NCBI GenBank assembly: GCA_012519455.1 | Contig: JAAYQE010000119.1 | Span: forward strand, 159 to 64,158 | Direction: 5' to 3' | Length of the DNA stretch: 64,000 bases | Source of the DNA: Syntrophomonadaceae bacterium | Lineage (GTDB): Bacteria > Bacillota > Ch66 > Ch109 | Part shown: one piece after another, positions 51,249-60,659 of the stretch | How positions within the stretch are numbered: position 1 is the first letter of the stretch | Layout of the letters: each line of letters opens with the position of its first letter | Notes under the pieces: model-generated | What the model was told of the DNA's origin: nothing | Databases searched by the model: none | What the model saw: the letters and a program-made list of their open reading frames with translations, nothing else | Translations under genes and position numbers: made by a program

Positions 51249-53675
51249 TCATGCACCAGGGGGCCTCGGACCGGAGGCAGTAGTAAAATCAAGCCGCCAG
51301 CCGTGGACTAACCTTTTAACTCCATCCCGTTGTTTCACGTTATTACTGATGAAAAGCGTATAACCAGTGTCCGGCGCAAAAGGCGTCTGGTGCTTAACCA
51401 CTACCGTAGCTCCGCTCGCATCACCGCTCCAAATTTCCGGAACCACCGCAAAATCCTGTCCTTGCGCGGTCTGAATCCGGAAATAGCTTAAAGAAGTGGG
51501 ATCAACGGGTTGATTAAAACGGATTCGCCATTCCTTGTCTAGAGGTACTTCCGCGGTACCAGTGGTGCCTATCCATTGCTCATACTCCTCTTCTACCGGC
51601 AGCTGCAGCCCGGGATCATAGACGACCACCCCGGCATTTACACTGGCCAGCCCGCTGGACATACCGGCGGCAAAATAGACCCGGCCGCGGGTATCCACGG
51701 TCATAAGTTCTTCCTGCAGCTCGCTTACCGGGCTTACCGGGGCCAGGGCCTGGCTAAGATCCATATTGGCAGCTAGATCTCCGTTTAGAAAATGCAGGGT
51801 CCGGCCATCAAAAGCGCTACTGTCGCTGAGGGTCTCCCATTGGCCGTTTTGGGGATTATACTTTTGCTTGGCGGCGTTCCAGATCTGGCCCTGATCATCT
51901 TCGTAAACCCGATAACCGCTGCTGTAGCCCGAATTATCGCCGTTAGTAAAGGATTGCCATTGTTCCCCGTTTGCGGTCCTTTCCAGCAAGCTTACCCCAT
52001 ACCGGCCCTGCAGCCAGACCCGCTGCTGCCTATCCACCAGCACGCCGTAGTCCACGTAATCACTTGGCAGCCCGCTGTTATCTTGGGTAAAATGCCTCCA
52101 TGCACTGTGGGTGGGATTCAGATAATAAACCCCCTCGGCGGAGTAGAACCAGATACCGTCTTCCGCATCCCGATAGACCCCATAAAAGTAAACCTCCGAA
52201 CCCGGGAAGGCGGGCAGGTTCACCCATTCTTCCTGGGCCACATTATAGGCCAGAGGTTTTTGCCTTTGCGGGACAATAAAGATATGGTCCTGCGCATCAG
52301 CCACCACTCCTACAATACCGAATTCTCCCAGCTGTACGCGCTCAAATTGCTGCCAGCTACCGTCCGCCTTCAGCCGCGCTAGGCTGGGACAATCATAGGA
52401 GGCAAACCAGACCCCGCCTTGCCGGTCCGCAGCTACCCCGGCAATACGGTTGGAAGCCAGGCTGGTGCTGCGGCTGCGGTAGTCGTAGGAAATCAGTTGC
52501 TCGGTTTGCGGCTGCCCCTGGTCATTGAGCGGTAGATAGTGTACCCCGGTCCCATTGCCGGGAACACCAGGATTATAGCCGGTTACAAAGCAGATCCCCT
52601 TATTAGTGGAAGCTAGGGAAATAATGTCTTCGCTCTGGAGCCCCAGGCTGCTACCGGTATATGCGGTCCAGTTACCCCCGCTCTCGGTCGGGGTGTAACG
52701 CAGTAGGCCACCATAATAAAGCCCAAACCAGATACTGCCGCTTTTATCCTCGACCAGGCATATGACCTGGTTAGAGGTGGAGAACAGGCCCCGCAAGTCA
52801 TAATGCGCCCATTTTCCATCAGCCTGGTAACAATACACGCCTTGGGAAACATAGGCATTGGAGATAAACCACAAGTTGCCCCGACGGTCCTCCAGGATGC
52901 CGGTCACCGGGGTCTCCACCGGGGGAAGCGACTGCTGGTCAGGAAACAAGGTATTCACGTTGGCGGTATTCAAGAGATGGTCACCCATCTCCAGTCCATT
53001 GTTGCGACCGACCCAATACCGGCCCTGGCTATCGATCAAAGCATCGTTAAACATATAATTATTGTAGGAAGATTCCCGCGGCCGCACTGCAGCCAGCCGG
53101 TAAGACGCATCGATCAGGGCCAGACCGTCGTAAGATATAAGGAGAACCTGCAGGCTACCATCGTTTTTCTCCAGCAGACGGATGCGTTGGAAATCATTAG
53201 TCGACAGCTGTTGGTCGGTATTCGCTTGAGTAAAGCTCAGCCATTGCCCGTCAGCTTTTTCACACCAAACGCCTTTATCTTTCAAGGCATACCAAGTATT
53301 CCCCCGGGAATCGGGCAGGACATACACGACTTCAGCCGATAAGTACGGTTTGTGGATGAAGTTGATAAAGCCCGCTCCCAGGTAATTGTTTTTCTGGTTA
53401 TTGGTTATATAGTCGACCTTGCCGGTTTCAGGATCTAGGCGCCAAACACCCGGATCGTATTCTTCCACCGCACTCATCCACAGCTGCCCCTGCGTATCCG
53501 GGTTTATTTCCGCCGGACGGAAAGGGACGTGGTTGGTGCGCAAACGATACCAGGCAGCTTGGTCCGACTGCGTTTCCGCCATCACTAAGGAAGGAAGCGT
53601 TAAAAACAAAGCTCCAATAATGAAGAAACAGATAAAAATCGGGGCGTATCGTTTCGGATAGCGAGTAAAGTCCAT
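51249..53675 (-). CDS. Secreted beta-propeller protein (two-component-regulator-propeller/Reg_prop-like repeats) with a C-terminal Big_5 module
   Basis: Signal peptide. Multiple D..G.lW.g...G repeats (DSRGNTWYALKDKGVW; DRRGNLWFISNAYVSQGVY; DKSGSIWFGLYYGGLLRY; DRQGGVWFASYD...). C-terminal ...EWRIRFNQPVDPTSL...GYTLFISNNVKQRDGVKRL...DFTTAS. ATG at 53675 with GGGAGG upstream. Confidence 0.7.
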   Translation of the reverse strand: MDFTRYPKRYAPIFICFFIIGALFLTLPSLVMAETQSDQAAWYRLRTNHVPFRPAEINPDTQGQLWMSAVEEYDPGVWRLDPETGKVDYITNNQKNNYLGAGFINFIHKPYLSAEVVYVLPDSRGNTWYALKDKGVWCEKADGQWLSFTQANTDQQLSTNDFQRIRLLEKNDGSLQVLLISYDGLALIDASYRLAAVRPRESSYNNYMFNDALIDSQGRYWVGRNNGLEMGDHLLNTANVNTLFPDQQSLPPVETPVTGILEDRRGNLWFISNAYVSQGVYCYQADGKWAHYDLRGLFSTSNQVICLVEDKSGSIWFGLYYGGLLRYTPTESGGNWTAYTGSSLGLQSEDIISLASTNKGICFVTGYNPGVPGNGTGVHYLPLNDQGQPQTEQLISYDYRSRSTSLASNRIAGVAADRQGGVWFASYDCPSLARLKADGSWQQFERVQLGEFGIVGVVADAQDHIFIVPQRQKPLAYNVAQEEWVNLPAFPGSEVYFYGVYRDAEDGIWFYSAEGVYYLNPTHSAWRHFTQDNSGLPSDYVDYGVLVDRQQRVWLQGRYGVSLLERTANGEQWQSFTNGDNSGYSSGYRVYEDDQGQIWNAAKQKYNPQNGQWETLSDSSAFDGRTLHFLNGDLAANMDLSQALAPVSPVSELQEELMTVDTRGRVYFAAGMSSGLASVNAGVVVYDPGLQLPVEEEYEQWIGTTGTAEVPLDKEWRIRFNQPVDPTSLSYFRIQTAQGQDFAVVPEIWSGDASGATVVVKHQTPFAPDTGYTLFISNNVKQRDGVKRLVHGWRLDFTTASGPRPPGA

Positions 53676-53734
53676 GATCAATTCCTCCCTGAAATTTCGC
53701 TTTCGTCCTTGGCTGAACCCTTAGCCGGGCCTAA

Positions 53735-56700
53735 TTACTCGACCCGGCATTTGTTAGTTTTTAGCCAATTAATAATCTCGCTAGCCTTGGAACCCGCTGA
53801 TAAATCAAGCTTATCATTATCCAATATGCCTAAATATTTTAAAAGGGGCAGATTTTTTAAAACGCTGATATCGGTGATTTGATTTCTACTAAGGCAAAGG
53901 AATGTAAGTTTAGTTAAATTGGATAAGGCTTCGATATCTTTGATCAGGTTACCGTTTAGATTCAGATTATCTAAATTGGTTAATCCAGACAATGGGGTCA
54001 AATCGCTGATTTGGTTGTCGTACGCCTCAATGTCCCATAAACTGGTCAACCCTGATAGCGGGCTAATATCATCAATCGTGTTCACTGATATAATAAGAAC
54101 CTCCAGGTTAGCCATATTTGCTAATACGCTGATGTCAGTTATTTGATTGCATCTGAGCCAAAGCTCTTTTAAATTCCTCATTTGGCCCAATGGGGTAATA
54201 TCACTGATTTGATTGCCGCGCAGGTCAAGTTTCTCCAGGTTAACAAGTCCCGCAATTGGAGTTAGGTCGTTGATCAGACCGTGCCCTTTACTATAGCCAT
54301 CCTCAGAGGACAGTCTTAGGTTTGTTAGTTTTGTCAAACTAGATAAGGGGCTAAGGTCACTAATAATATAATTCGGTATCCAAAGGGTTTCAAGATTTGT
54401 TAAACCGGCTAGGGGGCTAAGGTCAATATGAAATTTAAAGTAGCCTTGATCCGGGTTTAGATAAAGGGTTTTAAGATTTGTTAAACCGGCCAGCGGGCTA
54501 ATATCAGAGATGTCGTTCCACGTTAGGTTGAGTTCTTGTAAGTTTACCGCATATTCTAATCCGGTTATATTGCTAATTTTTTTGTTACTGGCATCCAACT
54601 CCAATAAACCTTCCAGGTCCGATTTGATCAGATCGCCCGTGGGTTTATTCAGTTTAGCGCGGATAACAGCTTCCAATGCTGGGTCGGGAATATTAATCAC
54701 CTGGTCTCCCTGGGATACTTCTAAAATTACACTGATGCTGTCCTGGCCCAACAGCATCCCGGTCAAATCATACACCTGCACCTTGGGCTTGTAATTGCCC
54801 ACCCCGGTATAGGTATGGCTGATGTTGGAACCGGGGCCGGTTACACTTTGCACCGGGCTGCCGTCACCGAAGTCCCAGTCAAACCGGTAGGTGCCGGCTG
54901 GCGTTACCACCGCTTCAAAAGCATGGGTAGCTTCGGTAGCCCCGTCCTTTAATTCATAGGTGATTATCCGGGGCGGTAAAATAGAAACGGTTACCTCTTC
55001 CTTGGGAATGGTAATGGTAGCCATGGCTTGGGACATGGTGTTATCGTTTAGATCCAACATTTTTACCTGCAAGGTATAGCTACCGTCCTGCATATACTTG
55101 TGGCTAATAATCGTTTGGGCGTCTCCATTGAAAACCGGCACAATTTCGTTTCCCTGGCTTAAGTTGGATTCATCTTTGCTTTCCCCGTCACCAAAATCCC
55201 AGACAAAATTAACTGATGTATATTCCTTCGGAATGTTCTGGGCCTTTACGGTAAAATCATATTGCCGGCCTAACTGGGCTTCTAGTTCTGCCGGGTCAAC
55301 GGTAAAATCTAATTCTTTGACTTTCAGGGCCACAGACTTTCCTTCAGCTGTACCGTTGGAGACTAAGACAAAGAGTAACTGTCCCGGCGCTACCGTCACA
55401 ATTGTGGAGGTCGCGGCCTTTTGCAGAGAAGCCCTCGGCGCTGGCAGCCCGGTGATCCACTGGTGATCATAAAGCACAAACACATCGACAAATACCCCGG
55501 CAGGCAAATCTTCATCCAGTTCCAGGATTAAACTGCGGGATGGGGATGCACTGCCGATTTCCGGCTTGATGCCCCATAACTGCGCAGTGTATTTAGACAA
55601 ATTAAAGGTTTTAGACAAATTTTTCGTCGTTAGCGGCATCTCGGTTTGCTGGGCCATCTCATAAGGGGTCCGCCAGGTATCCGAACCTTCATGGGCCGGG
55701 CTGTCGCTGCTGAAGATCAGGTATCGCGCGAAATCACGGTAACATTCGGCCAGGGAGGTTCCCTTTTCTTGACGCAGAAAACTATCGATTACTGCAATCA
55801 TGTCGGTGCTCCAGGCGCCGGTGGTATGGTTCCAAAGCTGCATAAAACTAGCCCCTTTATGGCGCACCAGGTAATCAACAAAGCGGGCGCTTTGGTATTC
55901 ATGAACGCTGTCGGTGGTCCCCATAGATTTTTGTAAGTAGGTTTCGTTTATGGCTACATATTTTTTGGTCCCCATTATTTCCGCGGCCGCATAGTCAGCG
56001 GTGGCTTCCACCCACCAGCGGTTTAAAGCCATGTTGGCAAAGGTCAGGTACTGGTTTTGGGCGGCATGGAAAAATTCATGGGCGCAGTCGTGCTGTAGTT
56101 CCGTTAAATTATCGTACTGGATAGGGATTTCGATGTTTTTGGAAAACCAGCCCCAGTTGGCGGTTGCGTCCGTACCCCAGTCGTCTATATATACTTTGGT
56201 CATGGCGGGCAGTTTAAAACCGGTGCCACCATATGTTTTGTATTGAGCATAGGCATCCACCAGGGAGGTTCTGGCATTAGTCACAAACTGGTAGAGATAG
56301 TCCGTGACGTAATCGGGATCTTGAGGCGCTCCGATCAGTTTGGGCGCATTTAAATTCTGGTTAAAATAAATCTTAAAATTAGGGGCGCTGGTTACCACCA
56401 TGTTATCTTCCAAGCCGAAAATTGACCACAGGGATAAGTGGTTAGTCGATACGATAATCTCGTGGTTGTCTTGGTCTACCGTGAAGTCTGTTTCTATCCA
56501 TCTTTGATTTTCCTCATCAAAATAGGCGACCACCAGTTGGTCGGCCGGTTCATATGCAGCGGTTAAGCGGGAGGGGTCGTATTTAAAGCGCAGGGTTAAG
56601 TCCCCGATAAAGGCTGCTCCCAAGGAAATATTATAAGTAGCGTGGGTTTCCAGATCGTTAAATTCATGCCGCTTGGCCCCACTAACCTCTTGGATCGATA

Positions 56701-57220
56701 CCGGGGTGCCGCTACTGACGGTATTGGCTGGAATTTCAACGGAAGCCTTATCCTGGTAGGTAACAACCTTACTTTCATTAGGGTTATCGATGACTCCATC
56801 TACTCGCCCTAATACGGTTAATTGCGCCGGTGCTTCGGTTACAAACTCCTTCTTCGCCGGCTGCGCTAGTACTTTTCCTGATTGGGATTTTACTCCTTCA
56901 ACTATTAAGGTGTATTTAGTATTGGACTCGTAGCCGCCCGTAGGTGGTTTTACTTTGACCGATTTACCGTCAGCAAGGACTTCCGGAGCCGAATCGAATA
57001 CTTTTTCTCCGCTGCAGCTGTTAACTACTTTGATACGGTCTGAGGTTACCGAATCTTGATCAATAAAATCATTAAACTTAATGGTCCATTCCTTATTAAC
57101 GCTGATATCACCGTCGGACGGAAAAGTTTTGGTTTCGGTGGCACTGGCGAACGCATAGGTCGAACTAAGCAATATAAAAGTCAGTAACAAAAAAAATAAC
57201 CGCAATTTAATCTTACCCAT
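53735..57220 (-). CDS. Secreted multidomain zinc metalloprotease (gluzincin HExxH-x19-E) with an N-terminal Big_5 module, two PKD domains and C-terminal LRRs
   Basis: ATG at 57220 with AAGGAGG upstream. Signal peptide, then ...EWTIKFNDFIDQDSV...KYTLIVEGVKSQSGKVL (Big_5). HEFFHAAQNQYLTFANMALNRWWVE has thermolysin spacing. Two PKD signatures (ISHKYMQDGSYTLQVKMLDLNDN; ISHTYTGVGNYKPKVQVYDLTG). C-terminal DISPLAGLTNL... LRRs. Confidence 0.7.
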   Translation of the reverse strand: MGKIKLRLFFLLLTFILLSSTYAFASATETKTFPSDGDISVNKEWTIKFNDFIDQDSVTSDRIKVVNSCSGEKVFDSAPEVLADGKSVKVKPPTGGYESNTKYTLIVEGVKSQSGKVLAQPAKKEFVTEAPAQLTVLGRVDGVIDNPNESKVVTYQDKASVEIPANTVSSGTPVSIQEVSGAKRHEFNDLETHATYNISLGAAFIGDLTLRFKYDPSRLTAAYEPADQLVVAYFDEENQRWIETDFTVDQDNHEIIVSTNHLSLWSIFGLEDNMVVTSAPNFKIYFNQNLNAPKLIGAPQDPDYVTDYLYQFVTNARTSLVDAYAQYKTYGGTGFKLPAMTKVYIDDWGTDATANWGWFSKNIEIPIQYDNLTELQHDCAHEFFHAAQNQYLTFANMALNRWWVEATADYAAAEIMGTKKYVAINETYLQKSMGTTDSVHEYQSARFVDYLVRHKGASFMQLWNHTTGAWSTDMIAVIDSFLRQEKGTSLAECYRDFARYLIFSSDSPAHEGSDTWRTPYEMAQQTEMPLTTKNLSKTFNLSKYTAQLWGIKPEIGSASPSRSLILELDEDLPAGVFVDVFVLYDHQWITGLPAPRASLQKAATSTIVTVAPGQLLFVLVSNGTAEGKSVALKVKELDFTVDPAELEAQLGRQYDFTVKAQNIPKEYTSVNFVWDFGDGESKDESNLSQGNEIVPVFNGDAQTIISHKYMQDGSYTLQVKMLDLNDNTMSQAMATITIPKEEVTVSILPPRIITYELKDGATEATHAFEAVVTPAGTYRFDWDFGDGSPVQSVTGPGSNISHTYTGVGNYKPKVQVYDLTGMLLGQDSISVILEVSQGDQVINIPDPALEAVIRAKLNKPTGDLIKSDLEGLLELDASNKKISNITGLEYAVNLQELNLTWNDISDISPLAGLTNLKTLYLNPDQGYFKFHIDLSPLAGLTNLETLWIPNYIISDLSPLSSLTKLTNLRLSSEDGYSKGHGLINDLTPIAGLVNLEKLDLRGNQISDITPLGQMRNLKELWLRCNQITDISVLANMANLEVLIISVNTIDDISPLSGLTSLWDIEAYDNQISDLTPLSGLTNLDNLNLNGNLIKDIEALSNLTKLTFLCLSRNQITDISVLKNLPLLKYLGILDNDKLDLSAGSKASEIINWLKTNKCRVE

Positions 57221-57475
57221 ATCCGAATCCTCCTTTTTGTGGTCAGACTTTACTTGGTAACTGACGGTAAAAGCTGTTTTTATTTTTCTTAATTTTACCA
57301 CGAAAACTTTGTCTAATAAAGGAAAAAACCTCTGGAAATTGGTAGTTCTTAGAAGTTTTTTCCTTTATTGTCCGTCATTTTTATAGAATATATCGAGATA
57401 TCCGGTATCTATAGTTCAATCACAAAGGATGTTCAAGTACGGTTACGCTTTCTGATTTTAGGTAGTATCCGGTGC

Positions 57476-59668
57476 CTATGGCTTAATCACAAAGGGCATG
57501 GCTACCGCTGTTTTCAAAGCCGTTCCATCCGCATCTTGCAGCGACGTTTTGATGTGCAGAGTGTATCTAGCGCCTAGAGAATAGTTTTGTTGCGGCTTAA
57601 CCGTCACCTTCTTGTTACCGTCCGACCAATTAAGCTCTACTTGGACCCGATTGCCGTCGGCCGCTGTCACATAAATATTGTCAGCAGCTGTAGCGGTGTT
57701 AACCGGTTTATTAAATTGAACGTTCCAGTTCTTGCTCGCTTCTACCGGCCAGTTGTCATAACCCTGCTGCCAACTCGGCTTGCGACCGATATCCAGGGAG
57801 TAGCTGCGCTTGGTCCGGTCGGGCTGGGTTACCTCTACGGTCACAGGGTTCCAGCCGGCAGCCAGGTTTACCACCCCGCCGCTCTGCACCGCCCCGTTTA
57901 ACTTAACCACGGCGGTGGTACCAGCTACAGCGGTAGGTACTACTTTAACCACGTCTACGGTGTTTTCCACTTCGGTGCGGTAAGTAAAGGTATTGCCGGC
58001 AAACCCGGTCAAGTATTCAATGCCGCTCCCGTCCGCCTTGCCTTTCACGCTTAGGCCAGTCAGGGGCTCGGCCAGGCGGAGACGCTTAATCTCAATCGTA
58101 TAGGTTAGGTCGTCCTTGCCCTCTTCGCTGACGACGATTTCAACCTTATTCAAACCTGGATCAACGACCAGGTTGACGATTCCGTCATTCTGCTCCGTGC
58201 CGTTTACCTTGACCACAGCGGTGGCACCGGCAACCGGAGTCGGGGTGATTTTAACCGCCTCCAAGGGATTCTCCACAGTCATCGTGTAACCGGTAGTGTT
58301 AGGCGTAAAGCAGGTAAGCAGTTGGGCCGGGCCGCTGCCGTCCGCCATTTGTACGCTCAGACCGGTGAGGGGCCGGGCCAGCTGGGGAATGCCTTCCACC
58401 TGTACCGGAAGATAATTGTCGTGCTGTTCTATCCCCAGTTGGAAGGAATCGTTTGTACCCCATCCCCATACCGTGCCATCGTTTTTCAGTGCCAGGGAGT
58501 ATTCGCACCCGGCTGCGATGGATACAACATCGGTAATATCCTTGGTCTCTACCGGCGTACTACTGGCATCGTCCTCTCCGTCACCTAGAGCACCGTAGTT
58601 ATACCCCCAGGCCCAAACTTTTCCGTCCTTTTTCACAGCCAGACTGTGAGTTTCGCCGCAGGTGATCGCCTTTACATCACTTAGATAACCCAAATTATAA
58701 AACCCGTGGACCTGCACCGGGATCGAGCTATGATTTTCCGTTTCATCGGTCAAGCCGTCACCCAGGCGCCCTACATAGTGTCTTGCTCCCCAAGCCCACA
58801 CCATACCGTCGTTTTTTAGCGCCAGGGAGAAATGATCTCCAGCCTCAATGCTTTTAACGTCAGACAGGTTTAATACCTGAACCGGATAAATTTCATCGGA
58901 GAAATCTTCTCCATTACCCAGGACACCCCAATTACCACCACCACCCCAGGCCCATACCGTGCCGTCGTTCTTCAACGCCAAGCCGTGAAAACGGCCGCAG
59001 GCGATAGCCTTAACGTTATCCAGATACCCGTCGCCTCCCAGGCCTTTGACTTTTTCCGGGGTGTTGGATTGGGATTCCAGGCTTCCCCTGCCCAGTTCAT
59101 TATCAGTGTTATTACCCCAGGCCCATACATAACCGTCTTTATCCAGCGCCAGGGAGAAAAATTCCCCACCGGCAACGGCTGTCATATCTTGCAGGCCTGG
59201 GATTTGTTGCGGCGAACTATGATTTTGCGCGGCCATTTGACCCAACTGGCCTTTTTCATTATTTCCCCAGCCCCATACGGTGCCGTCGTTTTTCACGCCC
59301 AGGGAATGCCAGCGCCCGCTAGCAACGTGTTTAAATCCCTGGTTAAACCCCTCGTCGGTTAATAAGACCGGGGGTTGTTGACCATTTCGTGGGTCCCCTC
59401 CGGTAATGATCTCACCATTACCCACTTGACCATAATCATTTTTTCCCCACCCCCATAGCTTCAGGTCCTGCCGGAGGAAAAAACCGGTTGCATCGCCCGC
59501 CACTACCTGCGGCGCTATTAACTGGGTTCCCTCCACTACACTGCAGTTTCTGACCATAGAATCCTGGGCCACCGCCGGCATAACTGCTCCCAAACTCAAC
59601 AATAGGGATAATAAAAATACCAGAGCGATCGATCTACCCCTGTTTTTAAAAAACCATTTCCTTTGCAT
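57476..59668 (-). CDS. Secreted RCC1/BLIP-II-repeat beta-propeller protein with two internal Ig-like segments and a C-terminal Big_5 module
   Basis: AAAGGAG upstream of the ATG at 59668. Signal peptide. Seven or more RCC1-like repeats (GWGKNDYGQVGNG; WGWGNNEKGQLG; WAWGNNTDNELGRG; WGWGTNDSFQLG...). C-terminal ...NWNVQFNKPVNTATA...RYTLHIKTSLQDADGTAL...PFVIKP. Confidence 0.75.
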   Translation of the reverse strand: MQRKWFFKNRGRSIALVFLLSLLLSLGAVMPAVAQDSMVRNCSVVEGTQLIAPQVVAGDATGFFLRQDLKLWGWGKNDYGQVGNGEIITGGDPRNGQQPPVLLTDEGFNQGFKHVASGRWHSLGVKNDGTVWGWGNNEKGQLGQMAAQNHSSPQQIPGLQDMTAVAGGEFFSLALDKDGYVWAWGNNTDNELGRGSLESQSNTPEKVKGLGGDGYLDNVKAIACGRFHGLALKNDGTVWAWGGGGNWGVLGNGEDFSDEIYPVQVLNLSDVKSIEAGDHFSLALKNDGMVWAWGARHYVGRLGDGLTDETENHSSIPVQVHGFYNLGYLSDVKAITCGETHSLAVKKDGKVWAWGYNYGALGDGEDDASSTPVETKDITDVVSIAAGCEYSLALKNDGTVWGWGTNDSFQLGIEQHDNYLPVQVEGIPQLARPLTGLSVQMADGSGPAQLLTCFTPNTTGYTMTVENPLEAVKITPTPVAGATAVVKVNGTEQNDGIVNLVVDPGLNKVEIVVSEEGKDDLTYTIEIKRLRLAEPLTGLSVKGKADGSGIEYLTGFAGNTFTYRTEVENTVDVVKVVPTAVAGTTAVVKLNGAVQSGGVVNLAAGWNPVTVEVTQPDRTKRSYSLDIGRKPSWQQGYDNWPVEASKNWNVQFNKPVNTATAADNIYVTAADGNRVQVELNWSDGNKKVTVKPQQNYSLGARYTLHIKTSLQDADGTALKTAVAMPFVIKP

Positions 59669-59836
59669 CGCGAACTCCTTTCTCTAGGTTAAATTCAGGT
59701 TAAATTGCGCTTCTACACTGCCTTTACTCCTTTACATCGCTTCTCCCCCTCAAACCTTAAATTAAGATAATATTTCTACATAAAACAAATTATTCCTGCT
59801 GATTTTGCTAATTTCTACATGTTTTTGGCTGCCACA

Positions 59837-60659
59837 CCTGCCACAGGGACGGTCCTTGTGGCAGGTAGAAGCACCCGAAAAGTGCTATGATGAAACAGGG
59901 GGTAATACTATGCCAAGAACGGCCAGAAGAAAAAGCGAAACAGGTATATATCATTTGATTTTACGGGGGATAAACCGACAAACTATTTTCGCAAATGAAG
60001 AAGACGCTATAAAATTTATACAAACTCTAGAAAAGTATCAAAAGAAGAGCGAATTCAAATTATACGCATACTGTTTAATGAGCAACCATGTGCATCTGCT
60101 GATGAAGGAAGAAAAAGAAGCCTGCTTGGAACTCGATGAAAAGAAGAAATGGAAAGACCAGGAGGCCATTGAGTTAATCAAGTATGTGTGCCAGATAAAC
60201 CATTGCAATGAACTGCAGAATCTGGATCGAGAAAAACAGGGTGCATATTTAAAACAGCTCTGTACCGAGGGTTTATCGGTCAGACAAATTTCTAGAATAA
60301 CTGGGATTGGCAGGTGGGTAATACAGAAGGCAGTTAAAAGTTGAAATACAGCACCACAACACCCATTTTCTCTAATGTCTCGCGTGTCTCGCTATATTTG
60401 GATTGTTTTAATGGAGCCAACTCAAATTCATAATAATCATCCCTTAGGCTGAAAAAAATGGCGCCGCAAAAAATAACCAAGGCAGACCCTGTAGCACAAG
60501 TCAGCGTTAAGGAATAAACAGGGCAGACCCTGTAATAAGTAGGCGCTAACTGACTCAACAGGACGTTAGCGCCGTAAACAACAAATCAGATATAGCTTAT
60601 GTTGACAGTATGTGACCCTAGCCAGCCACAAGAACCGTCCCCGCGGCTGCCGTGGCTGG
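59837..60659 (+). mobile_element. IS200/IS605-like or RAYT-like element: a Y1 HuH transposase-like gene bracketed by mutually inverted hairpins
   Basis: Left hairpin CCTGCCACA-gggacggtcct-TGTGGCAGG (59837-59865). Right hairpin CCAGCCAC-...-GTGGCTGG (60622-60659), whose reverse complement contains GGGACGGTTCTTGTGGCTGG, homologous to the left hairpin. Internal duplicated about-40-bp units (GGCAGACCCTGTA x2) and a 9-bp stem GGCGCTAAC/GTTAGCGCC. Confidence 0.5.
59910..60344 (+). CDS. IS200-like (Y1/HuH) transposase-related protein with a C-terminal HTH
   Basis: GGGGGT RBS 8 nt upstream. ...GIYHLILRGINRQTIFANEEDAIKF...FKLYAYCLMSNHVHLLM (HuH motif). C-terminal LSVRQISRITGIGRWVIQKAV is a helix-turn-helix. 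Confidence 0.65.
   Translation: MPRTARRKSETGIYHLILRGINRQTIFANEEDAIKFIQTLEKYQKKSEFKLYAYCLMSNHVHLLMKEEKEACLELDEKKKWKDQEAIELIKYVCQINHCNELQNLDREKQGAYLKQLCTEGLSVRQISRITGIGRWVIQKAVKS

Noticed and set aside
51792-53342. Long plus-strand ORFs (196 aa and 179 aa) and others, antisense to the Reg_prop gene
   Set aside because: They lie entirely inside a well-supported minus-strand gene in a GC-rich stretch and have no RBS or recognisable motifs, so they are shadow ORFs. The same applies to 6284..6943, 47996..48496, 58985..59362, 61732..62160, 20690..20974 and 20978..21502.
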